Source of the DNA: Leucoraja ocellata | Lineage: Eukaryota | Assembly (NCBI GenBank): GCA_036785375.1 | Contig: JAWMAR010000026.1 | Coordinates: 9,176,001-9,240,000 of the forward strand | DNA: 64,000 nt | Direction: 5' to 3' | Shown: positions 12,689-23,622 of the stretch, in pieces | How positions within the stretch are numbered: the stretch's first letter is position 1 | Layout: each line of letters begins with the position of its first letter | Notes under the pieces: model-generated | Seen by the model: only the letters and a program-made list of their open reading frames with translations | The model's database searches: none | What the model was told of the DNA's origin: nothing | Program-made: the position numbers and the translations under genes

Positions 12689-12959
12689 GCACCTCATATT
12701 CCGCTTGGGCAGTCTGCACCCCAGCGGCTTGAACATTGACTTCTCCAATTTCCGGTAGCCCTTGCTGTCTCCTCCCCTTCTCAGCTCTCCCTCAGCCCTC
12801 TGGCTCCTCCTCTTTCTTTCTTCTTCCCGCCCCCCCCCCCCCCCCCCCCCCCCCACCCTGCATCAGTCTGAAGAAGGGTTTCGGCCTGAAACGCTGCCTA
12901 TTTCCTTTGCTCCACAGATGCTGCCGCACCTGCTGAGTTTCTCCAGCATTTTTATCTAC
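12689..12959 (+). mobile_element. Penelope-like element 3' end (GIY-YIG C-terminus + hammerhead-like unit), nested in a Rex/L2-type LINE relic
   Basis: Encodes QHLIFRLGSLHPSGLNIDFSNFR*, then a C-run and CTGAAGAAGGGTTTCGGCCTGAAACG; TSD CCACA at 12684-12688 and 12960-12964. Confidence 0.8.
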
Positions 12960-13862
12960 CCACATTTTCTTCTTGCTGTTACTATTGGGAAGAAGGCACA
13001 GGAGCCTGAGACCCCTTACCTCCAGGTTCTTCCCAACAACTATCAGGCTCCTGAACCACACTGCACAACCCCAACCATTAAACTACCTCAGCACTGAATC
13101 TGCACCACACACTTTGGCTTGCATGTCCATGGTATTGCTTGTCTAGAATAACTGAAATTTTTTTTTTTTTTATATGGTGTGTTATTGGGTTTAATGTACC
13201 TGTAAAGCTGCAGTAAGTAAGAATGTACTTTTTTCCGATCCTGCTGCATACAACAGTTAAATCCTCTTGAGATGCCGCTCATCTGAGCATGAAAATATAT
13301 CCCCTCTTAGGAAAAACCTCCATCTTAGTAACAAAGGTGGACTTGCACCATTACCTCTCGAGCAACAATCACCACACGTTACTCCACGTACGAAGTGCAG
13401 AAACATCTTTCAGAATGAGTTACTGCAGAAATCACAATGGTGGGAAGGCTACAAAATCAGTGCCGGGATGGTAGTAAAACCATTAGGGAGGCAGGCGAAA
13501 AGGAGCAAAGGCTGAGATATTTGGAGGAAAAATCTGTCAAGTAGAAGAGACTGGAATGCATTAAGAGTCCTAGGAGAAAAATATCAGTCCACATCAACTT
13601 GATTGGACAGTAAGCACCAGCTGCTTTATTGGATGCTCATTGCGATGTATTCATTGTTGAGTACAAGTAGCAAATGGACCTGAAGGGGCAGGTGACGTGT
13701 AAGTTGCATTGTATATTGCTACTCCTGCTTCTGCCTTAAGTGGTGACCGAGCCCACAGAACCTGGGATGTTCTGAGAGACCAAAGCCAGGTAGATCGGCC
13801 ACCTTACCTCTTTATCGTTAGTGACCCAAACACGATAGCTCACGATCGGCTAGCCACGTTAC

Positions 13863-14000
13863 CTCTTTATCATTAGTGGCGTAGTTTCCACTGTCAGAGT
13901 AGGAGAAGCCAACCCCAGCCGGGGACTCCAGGTACAACATGTTGGCTACCTTGTTCCAGCTGTACTCGTTAATGTAGAGTGTGCTGCCATCATCGTTCAC
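13863..14000 (-). CDS. Cathepsin A-like coding exon 3
   Basis: TTTTCAG|GTG...GAG|GTAACG, 138 nt, [46 protein letters not shown]. Confidence 0.94.
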
Positions 14001-14109
14001 CTGAAAACAGACACGTCATGGTAAATGCAGTTCACGTTTTCTACCCGATGAAACAACAGCCCAAAGCTCACACTCCCAATCCTCGTCATTGGGTCACAGG
14101 AAGACGTAC

Positions 14110-14221
14110 ATGAAACGGTCCATTTTCAGAGAGGAATCCATCCAAGGAGCTGCACCCGGGTCCACCATTCAGCCACAGGACCAGAGGGTCTGTAGTTGGG
14201 TCTCGCTGAGACGTCACAAAC
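14110..14221 (-). CDS. Cathepsin A-like coding exon 2
   Basis: CCTTCAG|G...CAT|GTACGT, 112 nt, [37 protein letters not shown] (S10 hallmark [10 protein letters not shown]). Confidence 0.95.
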
Positions 14222-15078
14222 CTGAAGGACAGAAAACACACAGTAAATAAGGACAATGACAGAGGACTCTGCAGGACCACAGACAAGTGAGCAACTCGTC
14301 TCACAGTCGCCAACTGGGCCTTTGAAGGAGGGACATCCATCAGGCCCACTTCTCCTCTTCCCTCTGATGGCACCAATCCTGTCAACACCCGTAGCTTTTT
14401 CACTACCCGTGGCTGTATCTTTTTCCCAGGGCAGGGAAGTCAGCATGGGTTTAGGATGAGAGCAAAAACCTTTTAAGAGATCTGCAGAAAGGTGAATATT
14501 TGAAATGAACTGCCATAAGAGGTGGTGGTTGCAGATATAATTACAACATTTAAATGGTATTTGCACAGGTATTTGAATAGAAAAGGCGCAAAGGAATACG
14601 GGGCTAATACAGGTAACTGGAATGATCATAGATAAGCATCACGGTCGACATGGATGAAATGGGCCGAAAGGGCTTGTTTCTGTGCAGCACATTGCAATAA
14701 TTCTATGAGTTGGTTTCTGGAGCAACAGCCCATTTGCTCTTCGTGATTGAGGATGACTTACTTTTACTCTAAATCATGTTCATCTGAAGAAGGACCCCAA
14801 CCCAAAATGTCATCTGTCCATTTCCCTCCACACATACGACCTAACCCATTGAGAACCGCTAGGACTTTTTTTTTAAATTCAAGATTCCAGCATCTACTTT
14901 CACTGGTTTTGTGTGCTCTGAGGTGACTAATGCAGCTAACATGGGAACTGCAGACACGTGCAGAGATGGGGCAGATAGTGTCTAATGGTGGGAAGAAGGC
15001 AGTTGGTGAAGTTATTAAGCAGTATTTCTGTGTGCTCCCAATGTAAGGCCTTGCAGTTCTCAATACCATCTTAAATGA

Positions 15079-15447
15079 GTAGGAAGGAACTGCAGATGCT
15101 GGTATATACCGAAGATAGACACAAAATGCTGGAGTAACTCAGCGGGACAGGCAACATTTCTGGAGAGAAGGAATGAGTGACGCTTCAGGCAGAGACCCTT
15201 CTTCAGACTGGCAGCCTGAAGAAGGGTCTCAGCGCAAAATATCACCCATGCCTTCTCTCCAGAGATGAAATGAAATGAAATGAAATGATTCAATTTATTG
15301 TCATTGTCAGTGTACAGTACAGAGACAACGAAATGCATTTTTAGCGTCTCCCTTGAAAGGGAGACACAGGGCGTCGCGGTGTGCCCGCGCCTGCCGCCGT
15401 ATCCGGATGCTACCTGTCCCGCTGAGTTACTCCAGCAGTTTGTGACT
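15079..15447. mobile_element. Palindromic Penelope-derived short element (two head-to-head hammerhead-like units), interrupted by a LINE tail
   Basis: ...GAGACCCTTCTTCAGACTG-G-CAGCCTGAAGAAGGGTCTC...; outer arms GCTGGAGTAACTCAGCGGGACAGG / CCTGTCCCGCTGAGTTACTCCAGC; TSD ATCT(T/C)AAATGA at 15068-15078 and 15448-15458. Confidence 0.75.
15268..15405 (-). mobile_element. Short 5'-truncated Rex/Babar-type LINE 3' tail
   Basis: (GAAAT)n followed by TTGTCATTGTCAGTGTACAGTACAGAGACAACGAAATGCA; TSD GATG at 15264-15267 and 15406-15409. Confidence 0.75.
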
Positions 15448-15489
15448 ATCTCAAATGATCTCTCTTAACTTTGAACGGACTGTGCCTGA

Positions 15490-15800
15490 GATAGTAGGGC
15501 TGCTGCCTCACATTTTCAATGATACCGATTTGATCCTGAGCTCCAACGGTGTTGTCTGGAGCTTGTACATTTCCCCTGTGACCAGGTAGGTTTTCTCTGG
15601 GTTATCTGGTTTCCTCCCATATACCAGGTCTGCAGATTCATTGACCAATACAAATTTCCATTAATGCAGCTAGGTGGAACAATTGGTGGGAGGTGGATTT
15701 GTTGGGAATATGAAGAATATTATTTTTAATGTGTTTTCTTTGTATCGTTGGCCCATGTACAGTGGGCTGAAGAGCATGTTTCTGTGCTGTATAGTTCTAC
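15490..15800 (+). mobile_element. Degenerate HE1-like V-SINE
   Basis: GCTGCTGCCTCAC head, V-domain GGAGCTTGTACATTTCCCCTGTGACC...GGTTTCCTCCCA, tail GGGCTGAAGAGCATGTTTCTGTGCTGTA. Confidence 0.7.
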
Positions 15801-16059
15801 ATAAGGCATCCAATGCTAAAAATAAATTACTATTATCTGACAAGAAAATCCACTTGACGTACCCAATCCTGATCATGCTTCATCATTCGTCATATTTCCT
15901 CATTGAAATTATCTCACTTGATCCAGCTCAACAAAACATGTATTTCCCTGGATATTAAGGATCCTTCCTGCAATTGTTTTCTCCTTTTTTCCACAATCTT
16001 CAGCTTTCTATAGTTCACCCTGTATCACCCGTTCACCCTGTGCTGACATCTAATATCGG

Positions 16060-16600
16060 CGGCTTTAGCTCAGTCTTAGAGCAGTTTGCTCCAAGTCAGG
16101 TGGTGGTGGCTGGATCTTGTGCCACAGACCTGAACACAAGACCCAGCCAACACTCCCATGTTTTACTGAGGGACTGGCATCCAGATGAGATCCAATTAAA
16201 GATCCAATTGTATTAATTTGAAGAACAGGGAAGTTACCCCTGGTGTGTCCTGGCTTATTTGCTTCTCAACCAACATCACTGAAAACGTTGAGACACAAGG
16301 AACTGCAGATGCTGATTTTCAAAAAAAAGACACAAAGTGTTAGAGTAATTCAGTAGGTCAGGCAGCATTTGATCCAAAACATCACCTATCCAAAACATCA
16401 CCACTCCAGCACTTTTTCAGTAAACACATTACATGGACTTAATCCCACTTGCTATATCTGGAATCTTGATGTGTACAAATTAATGCTGCATTTCTTATAT
16501 GATAAAAGTGACTAGACTTCAAAGGTCCAAAATTAATTGCAAACTGCTTCCAGGCATCCATAGTAGTGCTCTATAACTGAAATTCTCTTTGCTTTCTCTT
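16060..16600 (+). mobile_element. Ancient Deu-domain SINE relic (SacSINE1/AmnSINE1-like), interrupted by a Penelope-derived repeat
   Basis: tRNA-like head GGCTTTAGCTCAGTC; Deu-like core TTTGAAGAACAGGGAAGTTACCCCTGGTGTGTCCTGGC...CTCAACCAACATCACTGAAA; tail GTGACTAGACTTCAAA. Family assignment is from recalled consensus, not an alignment. Confidence 0.55.
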
Positions 16601-17755
16601 TCTCTTATTCTGGAAATGTCCTTCACCAAAGGCCAGTCTCTTCCTGCTGAATGACTGATGTTGCAACCGGGGACGAGAGGAAAGCCTGTTCATTCCTAAA
16701 GTCCTGCCAGTTATAGTTTACATAACTTTTGATATCTTGTGACCACAACTACAATGACGTTAAAGACAGGTCAGGCTGTCCTTTCGACCTGATAGTGTAC
16801 CAAGGTTACATGTTCTAAGCACCACCAGTTCCATAGAAATCTGAGCCTGTTACGACTATTGAACTTCTGTGGTCAAATTTAAACATCTCTACGTTGCAGA
16901 AAGACTTGATGCGTGTAGATCTGGGAGCATCATGTTGAGAAACTCCTGACTCAAAATGTACTTAAGGCAACTTCCTCAGCTTGACAATTTGAGATTTCTT
17001 TAAGCTTCTAGTTTGTAAACTCTTGTATTTTGCAAATGCAACGCACGGATGTGTTTTGAAGACCCACTTTCTCTGTCACTGGTGTCCTGGTACAAGACTA
17101 TCTCAAGGTGCACTGCAGTAACACACAAAGATTATTTTAAATCATTCTCCCACCAATCTCCCATCACCTCATCGTCCCATACACTTTTTCTCCCTCCCTA
17201 CATTTTCCTTAAGTAGCCCCTTCGTCTCCTCAAAAACCCACGTGTTTGCAATTTGCAAAATACCACAGAAAAGACTTCTCATAGCCAAAGGGAAAGGAGT
17301 GAATTAGTGCCCACACTTAGATTTAACATCAATCAGACTTTCCTAGTCAGTCAGTGTTGGTTATTTACTTGAGAAACCCTCAGGGAATTCGGTTTACGCA
17401 AGTTTTAAATCGGTAGGAACAGCACAGCTATAATAGCACCCTCTGCCTCATTAAAATCAGCACAAATTCCATTCTGGCAAAAACGGTTAATTCTCCACTG
17501 ACAACACTCACACCTCAGAGGCAAGGTCTTGTGGCTTTTAAATTCCCAGAATGGGCCTTGAATACCTAATACAGACAGAGACTCCCATGTAGCTACAAAA
17601 GATCACTGCACCATTGATGGTGCGGCATTTTAGATAAACATGTTCTCTTTGTGCAAACAACATCATCGAAGTTCTCCTTGGTGTCCTGACAAATGTTTAG
17701 AGTCATAGAGTTATATAGCAGGGAAACGAGTTGGCCTTCAGTCCAACTCGTCCAT

Positions 17756-17969
17756 GATTCAGAATCAGATTCAGATTCAGATTCAATTTTAATTGTCATT
17801 GTCAGTGTACAGTACAGAGACAACGAAATGCATTTAGCATCTCCCTTGAAGAGCGACATAGCAAACGATTTGAATAAAAAAAATAATAAGTGTCCGGGGG
17901 GGGGTGGTGGTGGTGATTGGCAGTCACCGAGGTACGTTGTTGAGTAGAGTGACAGCCGCCGGAAAGAAG
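17756..17969 (-). mobile_element. Rex/Babar-type LINE 3' end nested in a CR1 3' fragment
   Basis: Minus strand encodes SFFPAAVTLLNNVPR*, followed by a 3'UTR and (TGAATC)n tail. Confidence 0.8.
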
Positions 17970-18640
17970 CTGACCAAAGTGCCTACCTGACCTAGTCCTA
18001 TTTAGCCCATACCCCTCCAAATCATTCATATCCATGTACAGGTTGATCACTGATTTTCTGGCAACTGATGGTCCACCCACCCCTATAATCCGGCCAAAAA
18101 TACGAGAGCTCTGTTGAAATTCCCTGAGCAGCCGCACATGGCATTGCGAGTGGCGAGCGCTCTTTCCGGCCATGTCCCTCCATCATGAAAGAGTTATTTG
18201 TTTACATTTAAACATTGAAATCCCTCCTTGGCTTTGCCTAATTCTATCTCTACTGGCTCAATGTTCAAGCTTTGTGTGTATCAATCTGCCTGGCCCCTAT
18301 GCACTACCCCACAACCCCTCCTCTACCATTCTGTCTTACCCTCTGGAATTGTGAACTTCCTGTTAAGCTTTCTCTAATTTACTGGGCACCTTTCAAAGGC
18401 TGCTTCCCAAAATCCCTTTTCAACTATACTCTCAATCTTCTCTCCGAACTGTTTTGCAAATACAATACAGTAAGCCCTCAATTTAACAACCCCTTTATAA
18501 TGGACTTCAGATATAACAGACGGACCTGTCGACCCATCCCTAGCTCACACCATCTCCCATGCTGTTTAGAGCGCCAGGTTCCAACCCCACTCCCGACTCG
18601 CAAGCCCTTCTTCAAGTCAGAATCTGTGGAGAACACGAAT

Positions 18641-19365
18641 AGGGTGATTTCACGAAAGGTCACTGGATTATAGATCCTCACCCACGTGGACGCAAAATTT
18701 AACTGGGGTACAAACGTCAAATGTCAGCTGTTAATTGGATAATAATAATAAAATGTCTTGATTTTATCCAATTAACAGCTGACAATTATCCCATTCCTTA
18801 GCTTGCATCTGAGTAAAATTCATTTCAAAACGCATTTATGGTTTAAGATTATTTAAATGGTAAATGTAGCTTCAGAAGCATTTTCTTTTTGCATGTTAAA
18901 ACCCACCTGAGAACCATGGAAGATTTTGCAATTTAAATGATGGATTTTTCACTTTTAAAACTTTTTATATAACAAATTAATAAAGATAAAACATAATGCC
19001 TTACTTTTGATGAAATTCAGTGAGCAAACGCGATAATTCCCGATATTTTCTATCTTTATATCTCCACGGTCAATGTTTGCTAACCACTTCCGCTGTTGTT
19101 GCCCCTTCAGCTCCCTCTTGTCTTTACCTTTGTTTTTCTTTATCTTCTGGACTCTTAAGTAAGATAACTGTGCCTCACTGTCACCCCGACTGGCACAGTT
19201 ATTTACAGCTCAAAAACGGGCCATTTTCGCGGTTTTTAACGGGTGTGAAAGTACGCGTTTCCAGCATCAATAACATGTACCGGAAGTGACGTTTGTACCC
19301 CAGTTAAATTTTGCGTCCACGTGGGTGAGGATCTATGATCCAGTGACCTTTCGTGAAATCACCCT
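18641..19365. mobile_element. Young non-autonomous DNA transposon (MITE) with 79-bp TIRs and an apparent AT TSD (ISL2EU/Harbinger-like)
   Basis: TIRs at 18641-18719 and 19287-19365 differ at one position; AT on both flanks; internal 21-bp hairpin arms at about 18722 and 18764; it splits a Penelope-derived repeat. Confidence 0.88.
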
Positions 19366-21203
19366 ATAGATGACATTGGGACCCTTCCTCAGACGGATTC
19401 AGTTAGTTGAGTTACTCCAACACTTTGTGTCATTTCACTTTAAAACTAGGTGCTGATGCCACTGGTTTGCAGTGACCTCCTTCACCAGTTCACATGGCTG
19501 TTGCTGCGACTCGCGTTGTTACCCCCTGGTGACAGCGTTTTCTTCAGGCCGCCACCAATGACAAGACGCATTGGGTCAGTGTGAGGCTCCCTCCCCTTTC
19601 ACCTGTTGCCAAGGTGGAGTATGTCAGCGACACTGGGGGAGAAGGAGGAGGAGGCGGCAGTGGAGGGAGAGGTCGACTGGATGGAGCGACTGGAGAAGCA
19701 GGCGTTGGCGGTCGAGTAGGGAGCAGCCAAAGCCTCCGTCGACAGCAAGAAACAGCAGCAGATAAGAGTGGAAGGAGCCCCACGGGTATCTCTGTTGGTG
19801 ATGGTGACCCGAAGAAACGTTGTCCTCAGGGGCTACAATGTGAGCTGCAACAACAGCTGTGTCACTGGACCACAAGGTGAATGAAGAAGAGCTCGCTGGT
19901 GGACCTTGCTAATCGGGAGTGGCGTCGGAAGCCAGGGCTCTAAACGGCCAGGGAGACGGTGGGGGATGGGGATGGGTCGGCAGGTCATTCCATTCACATT
20001 CAGTTTACATTTTATACTTTCTGGCACTTAATGGTACTTTAGACATGGGAGGGGTGTTTTGAACAAACCAGTGTTGGTCCAGAAAAACGATAATCCCGAA
20101 AGGCTCTGGAACCGTGGGTGCAGGAAAATCGTTCAACCTGTACATGTCTAAATTACTTTAAAATGTTGTAATTGTTCCCTTCTCTATCATTTTTTCTATC
20201 AGCTTATTCCATATAGCTATCGCACTCGTGTGAAAATCCTACCCCTCTCCCTTTAAACCTATGCCCTCTAGTTTTAGGCTCCCCACCCTGGGAAACAGAC
20301 TGTGACATTTACCTTTTCTAGGCCCCTCATGACTTTATATACTTCTATGTCATCCTTCAGCCTAGTACACTCCAGGGTAAACAGTCTCCAGTCCAGCCAG
20401 CTCTTCTTATGACTCAAGCCTTTTTCCTAGTTAATCTAGTTTTAATCTTAGATGAACTACTTCACTGTCCACTGGACCACCAGTATCAAAGTCACCTGCA
20501 GACATACTAACTTTTTATCTCTCCAAAAGAACAGATTTTTTCCTTGAACCATTGTGAAACCTTATGGTACACGAATTGGCTGCTGTGTTTCCTGCAATCA
20601 ACGATAAGTACATTTCAAAAGTATTTCATTAGTTACAAAGTAGTCTGTGACACTTTCAAATGTGACTTCCACCACATGAATAAACCTCTCTTTCTGTGTT
20701 ACTCTGACACTTAGGAATAAAAGGAAATGTACTGTGCGTAGTAGCATTGAGCAAGTTACTGATAGTTGGAGATTTTTCCTGGTGTGCCCATGCCCAGTTT
20801 TTGTTCCATGGTAAACCTCTTATGAATTTTTGGGATATCTTATGGGACCGAGCAGTCCAAAGGCTGGAGAACAATAATGTAGATTTATGATCGAGTACTA
20901 CATTGTCTTTTAAATGACATTAAATATAATCCCCCCCCCCCTCCCTCAGGTCAATGTAAACAATCCCATGATATTATTTCAGAGAACCGGGGAATTCTCC
21001 TCGAGTTTTTGTTAATATTTCACCTTCAACCAACATCATCAAAAACAAATTGTTTCAGCAATATTAGAATTAACTACACTTCAAAAATCGGCATTGTAAA
21101 ATGTAATACATAAAAGCAACTTTCTTTAACGAGGAGCCTTGGGCTGGGAGTCTCACCTGGATCAGCCCCTCATGGAATCCAGACATTAACCCCCCTCACT
21201 CAC

Positions 21204-21358
21204 CAATAGTGCAGATGTATGCCAGGACCTGCCTCCAGATACCCTGACCACTGCTTGAAGTTGATCTTGGTGTTCAGACCAGGCAAGGAGAAGACTTCAT
21301 CTTGGGCGGGTTGTCCCAGAGCGCCACCCACACACAGTAGCAACAAGCACCAGAGCAT
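21204..21358 (-). CDS. Cathepsin A-like (lysosomal protective protein-like, serine carboxypeptidase S10) first coding exon
   Basis: ATG at 21358; signal peptide MLWCLLLLCVGGALG, then QPAQDEVFSLPGLNTKINFKQWSGYLEAGPGIHLHYW; donor TG|GTGAGT; phase 2 matches the next exon. Confidence 0.93.
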
Positions 21359-21415
21359 TGTGACTAACTGGGCAGACAGTAAGCAAGAGCAGCAACAGTC
21401 CCAGAGGATATCTGG

Positions 21416-21455
21416 GGAATGAAGCAGTTGGGTCGGCGGCTCATATATATATATA
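21416..21455 (-). promoter_or_regulatory. Candidate TATA box + initiator of the cathepsin A-like gene
   Basis: (TA)6 run at 21443-21455 lies about 30 nt upstream of an Inr-like TCATTCC (A at 21420), which is 62 nt before the ATG. Confidence 0.45.
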
Positions 21456-22142
21456 ACTGGGCTCGGAATACAAACAACATATGATTGCCAGCAACTGATA
21501 AGCTTCTCCAAAACGGGCTAAGTCCCAAGGTGGTTCCTGGAGACATGCCAGAGAGATATGGGCATTATCAGAGATTGTGAGAGAGATAGAAAGGCCCAGG
21601 AGTAAAAATAGACAGACAGATTAATTTGCCCAGCACTAGGAATTACAGACATACCATGAGTGAGGTAAACAACCCATCCAATCCTAGAGGCTCCCCAAAC
21701 TTTATGGACTTCTAGAAAGTCATCTCACATAAACTGTAGAGACTGATGGGCCATCTCAATTCTTAAGATAGCTCAAATGCCCCATTACATGAGGCAGCCC
21801 AAACATAATCCCAGCCCAACCCCAGAACAGGCCTCACTATCTCAATCCTGGAGTTGCAATATGGTCAAAAGATGAGAGGAAAAAGCTCTGCCTACCCAAT
21901 CCTAGAGGTTAACCTGCCCCCCCAACCCTTCAGGCAGCTCAACCCCAATAACTGTAGAGGCTGCCCATCTCAATCCTAGAGACAGCTGGCCCTCACAACC
22001 TGCCCTAATCCTAAAGGACAGTAACTTGGAGGAGAACCCGTAGCTGGTGGTGCTCCCAGTGGAATTCCAAAGGTGAGATGCAACTAAGATGAAAGATACT
22101 GAAAGAAAGGCATCATTGTAGGATTTTTTCATGACTCATGAA

Positions 22143-22818
22143 GAAACTCCTTTTCAACCTCTCCATTCTCACAGCATGGCAACGGAGGCGTTTGCCTGAC
22201 CGTAGCAGCTGGAACAGTCCGTTGCAGGGGTGGAAGGGGTCTCCCATGATCTTATTGGCTCTGGAGTTGCACCTTCTGATGTATAGTTCCTGCAGAGTGA
22301 AGTTCCCATAGTGCGTTCGGCCGAACGCACTACTCTCTGCAGAGCCTTCTTGTCCTGGGCAGGTCCTGGGCAGAGCAGTACCCAAACCAAATCGTGATAT
22401 TTCCAGACAAGATGCTTTCCACAGCCGCTGAGTAGAAGCACTGGAGGATCCTCAAAGACACTCAGAATTTCCTCAATTGCTTGAGGTGGTAAAGGCGCTG
22501 TCTTGCCTTACTCACGAGTGCTGCGGCGTGTGATGTCCATGTCATATCCTCAGAGATGTGGACTCCCAGGTATTTAAAACAGCTCACCCTATCCACAGTA
22601 TCCCCATTTATCCTCAATGGTGTGTACGTCCTCGGATGATGTGCCCTCCTATAGTCCACGATCAGCTCCTTCGTTTTTTGATGTTCAAGAGGAGGCTGTT
22701 TTCCTGACACCAGAGTGCCAGATCAGCCACCTCCTCCCGTTATCTGAGATCAGGCACACCACCACAGTGTCATCAGCAAACTTGATTATCGAATTGGAGC
22801 TGAACCTGGAGTTGGAGC
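22143..22818 (-). mobile_element. Rex1/Babar-type LINE ORF2 fragment
   Basis: IIKFADDTVVV, KTKELIVDYRR, FKYLGVHISEDMTW, KARQRLYHL and DPFHPCNGLFQLLRSGKR, spread across frameshifts. Confidence 0.85.
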
Positions 22819-22836
22819 TGAATACTCTCCATCTGT

Positions 22837-23622
22837 TCTGGGGAATGTGACTTTCTTGTCGTATCCCCCTTCTCTGCCTCCGTCTGCGCTGAGGCCTAAT
22901 GGCGGAGCTGGCGACCTCGAGGCTCCGGAGGCAGTCTGTCAGGACTCGCCCTGGGCTCGCTCCCATGAGGGCGGCCCAGCTCGGGGCTGGAACGGCGCTC
23001 CCGTGAGAGGTTGTGGCGCTCCCGTGAGGGCGGCCTGGCGAGGGGCTGAGACGCTCCCGTTGGGGCGGCCCAGCCCGAGGGAAACGGCGCTCCCGTGAGG
23101 GCAGCCCTGCCCGAGGGTAACGGCGCTCCCGTGAGGGCGGCCTGGCGCGGGGCTGAGACGCTCACATGAGGGCGACCCGGCTCGGGGCTGGAACGGTGCT
23201 CCGGTGGCTGAGACGGCGTTCTGGCGTCGGCGGCCTGAGTCCGGGGTTCGGCCGCGGGCCAGTGGAAGACGTCGTCAACAGCTGCGTCCGCTGGACTGGA
23301 GGGCGGCAGCTTCGACCACCCCGGGCCGCGGTGTTTGAACCGGCCCGTTCGTGGAGTTCGGTGAGCCGCGGGACTGATTTACCATCGCCCGGTGGGGTAT
23401 CGCCTCAGCGCAGAGGGAGAAGAGGAGGGAAGAGACTGCAGTCCTAAGGTTTTTGCCTCCATCACAGGGAGGAGGTGCTTGGTGGACTCACTGTGGTGGA
23501 TGTTAATTTGTGTTTACTGTCTGTTCTGTTGTCTATTATTGTATTATTGTATGTATGACTGCAGGCACGAAATTTCGTTCAGACTGAAAGGTCTGAATGA
23601 CAATAAAGGAAATTCAATTCAA
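22837..23622 (+). mobile_element. GC-rich retroposon with an internal minisatellite and a Rex-like 3' tail
   Basis: About 7 imperfect copies of a roughly 30-40 bp unit GGGCGGCC...GGGGCTG..ACG(GC)GCTCCCGTGA at 22965-23205; ends in ATGACAATAAAGGA(AATTC)n; CpG-rich. Confidence 0.6.

Noticed and set aside
12829-12857. Long C/G homopolymers (also at 28104, 35106, 47054, 58147, 63763) as functional G-quadruplexes
   Set aside because: Mostly inside repeats and prone to slippage or sequencing error; no independent support.
19500-19620. Gypsy primer-binding site and gag start (TGGTGACAGCG; VSVRLPP)
   Set aside because: No LTR pair, no continued gag or pol similarity; the match is too short.
21359-21511. 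N-terminal extension of the cathepsin A-like ORF shown in the track
   Set aside because: It begins at a non-ATG codon and crosses the TA-run; the ATG at 21358 directly precedes a typical signal peptide.
22965-23205. CRISPR-like repeat array
   Set aside because: The units are degenerate tandem copies with no unique spacers, in a vertebrate context with no cas genes.
22143-23622. Twin-priming 5' inversion of a single Rex element
   Set aside because: The orientation fits, but the roughly 18-bp spacer looks like host LINE sequence that continues after 23622, and no shared outer TSD is evident.
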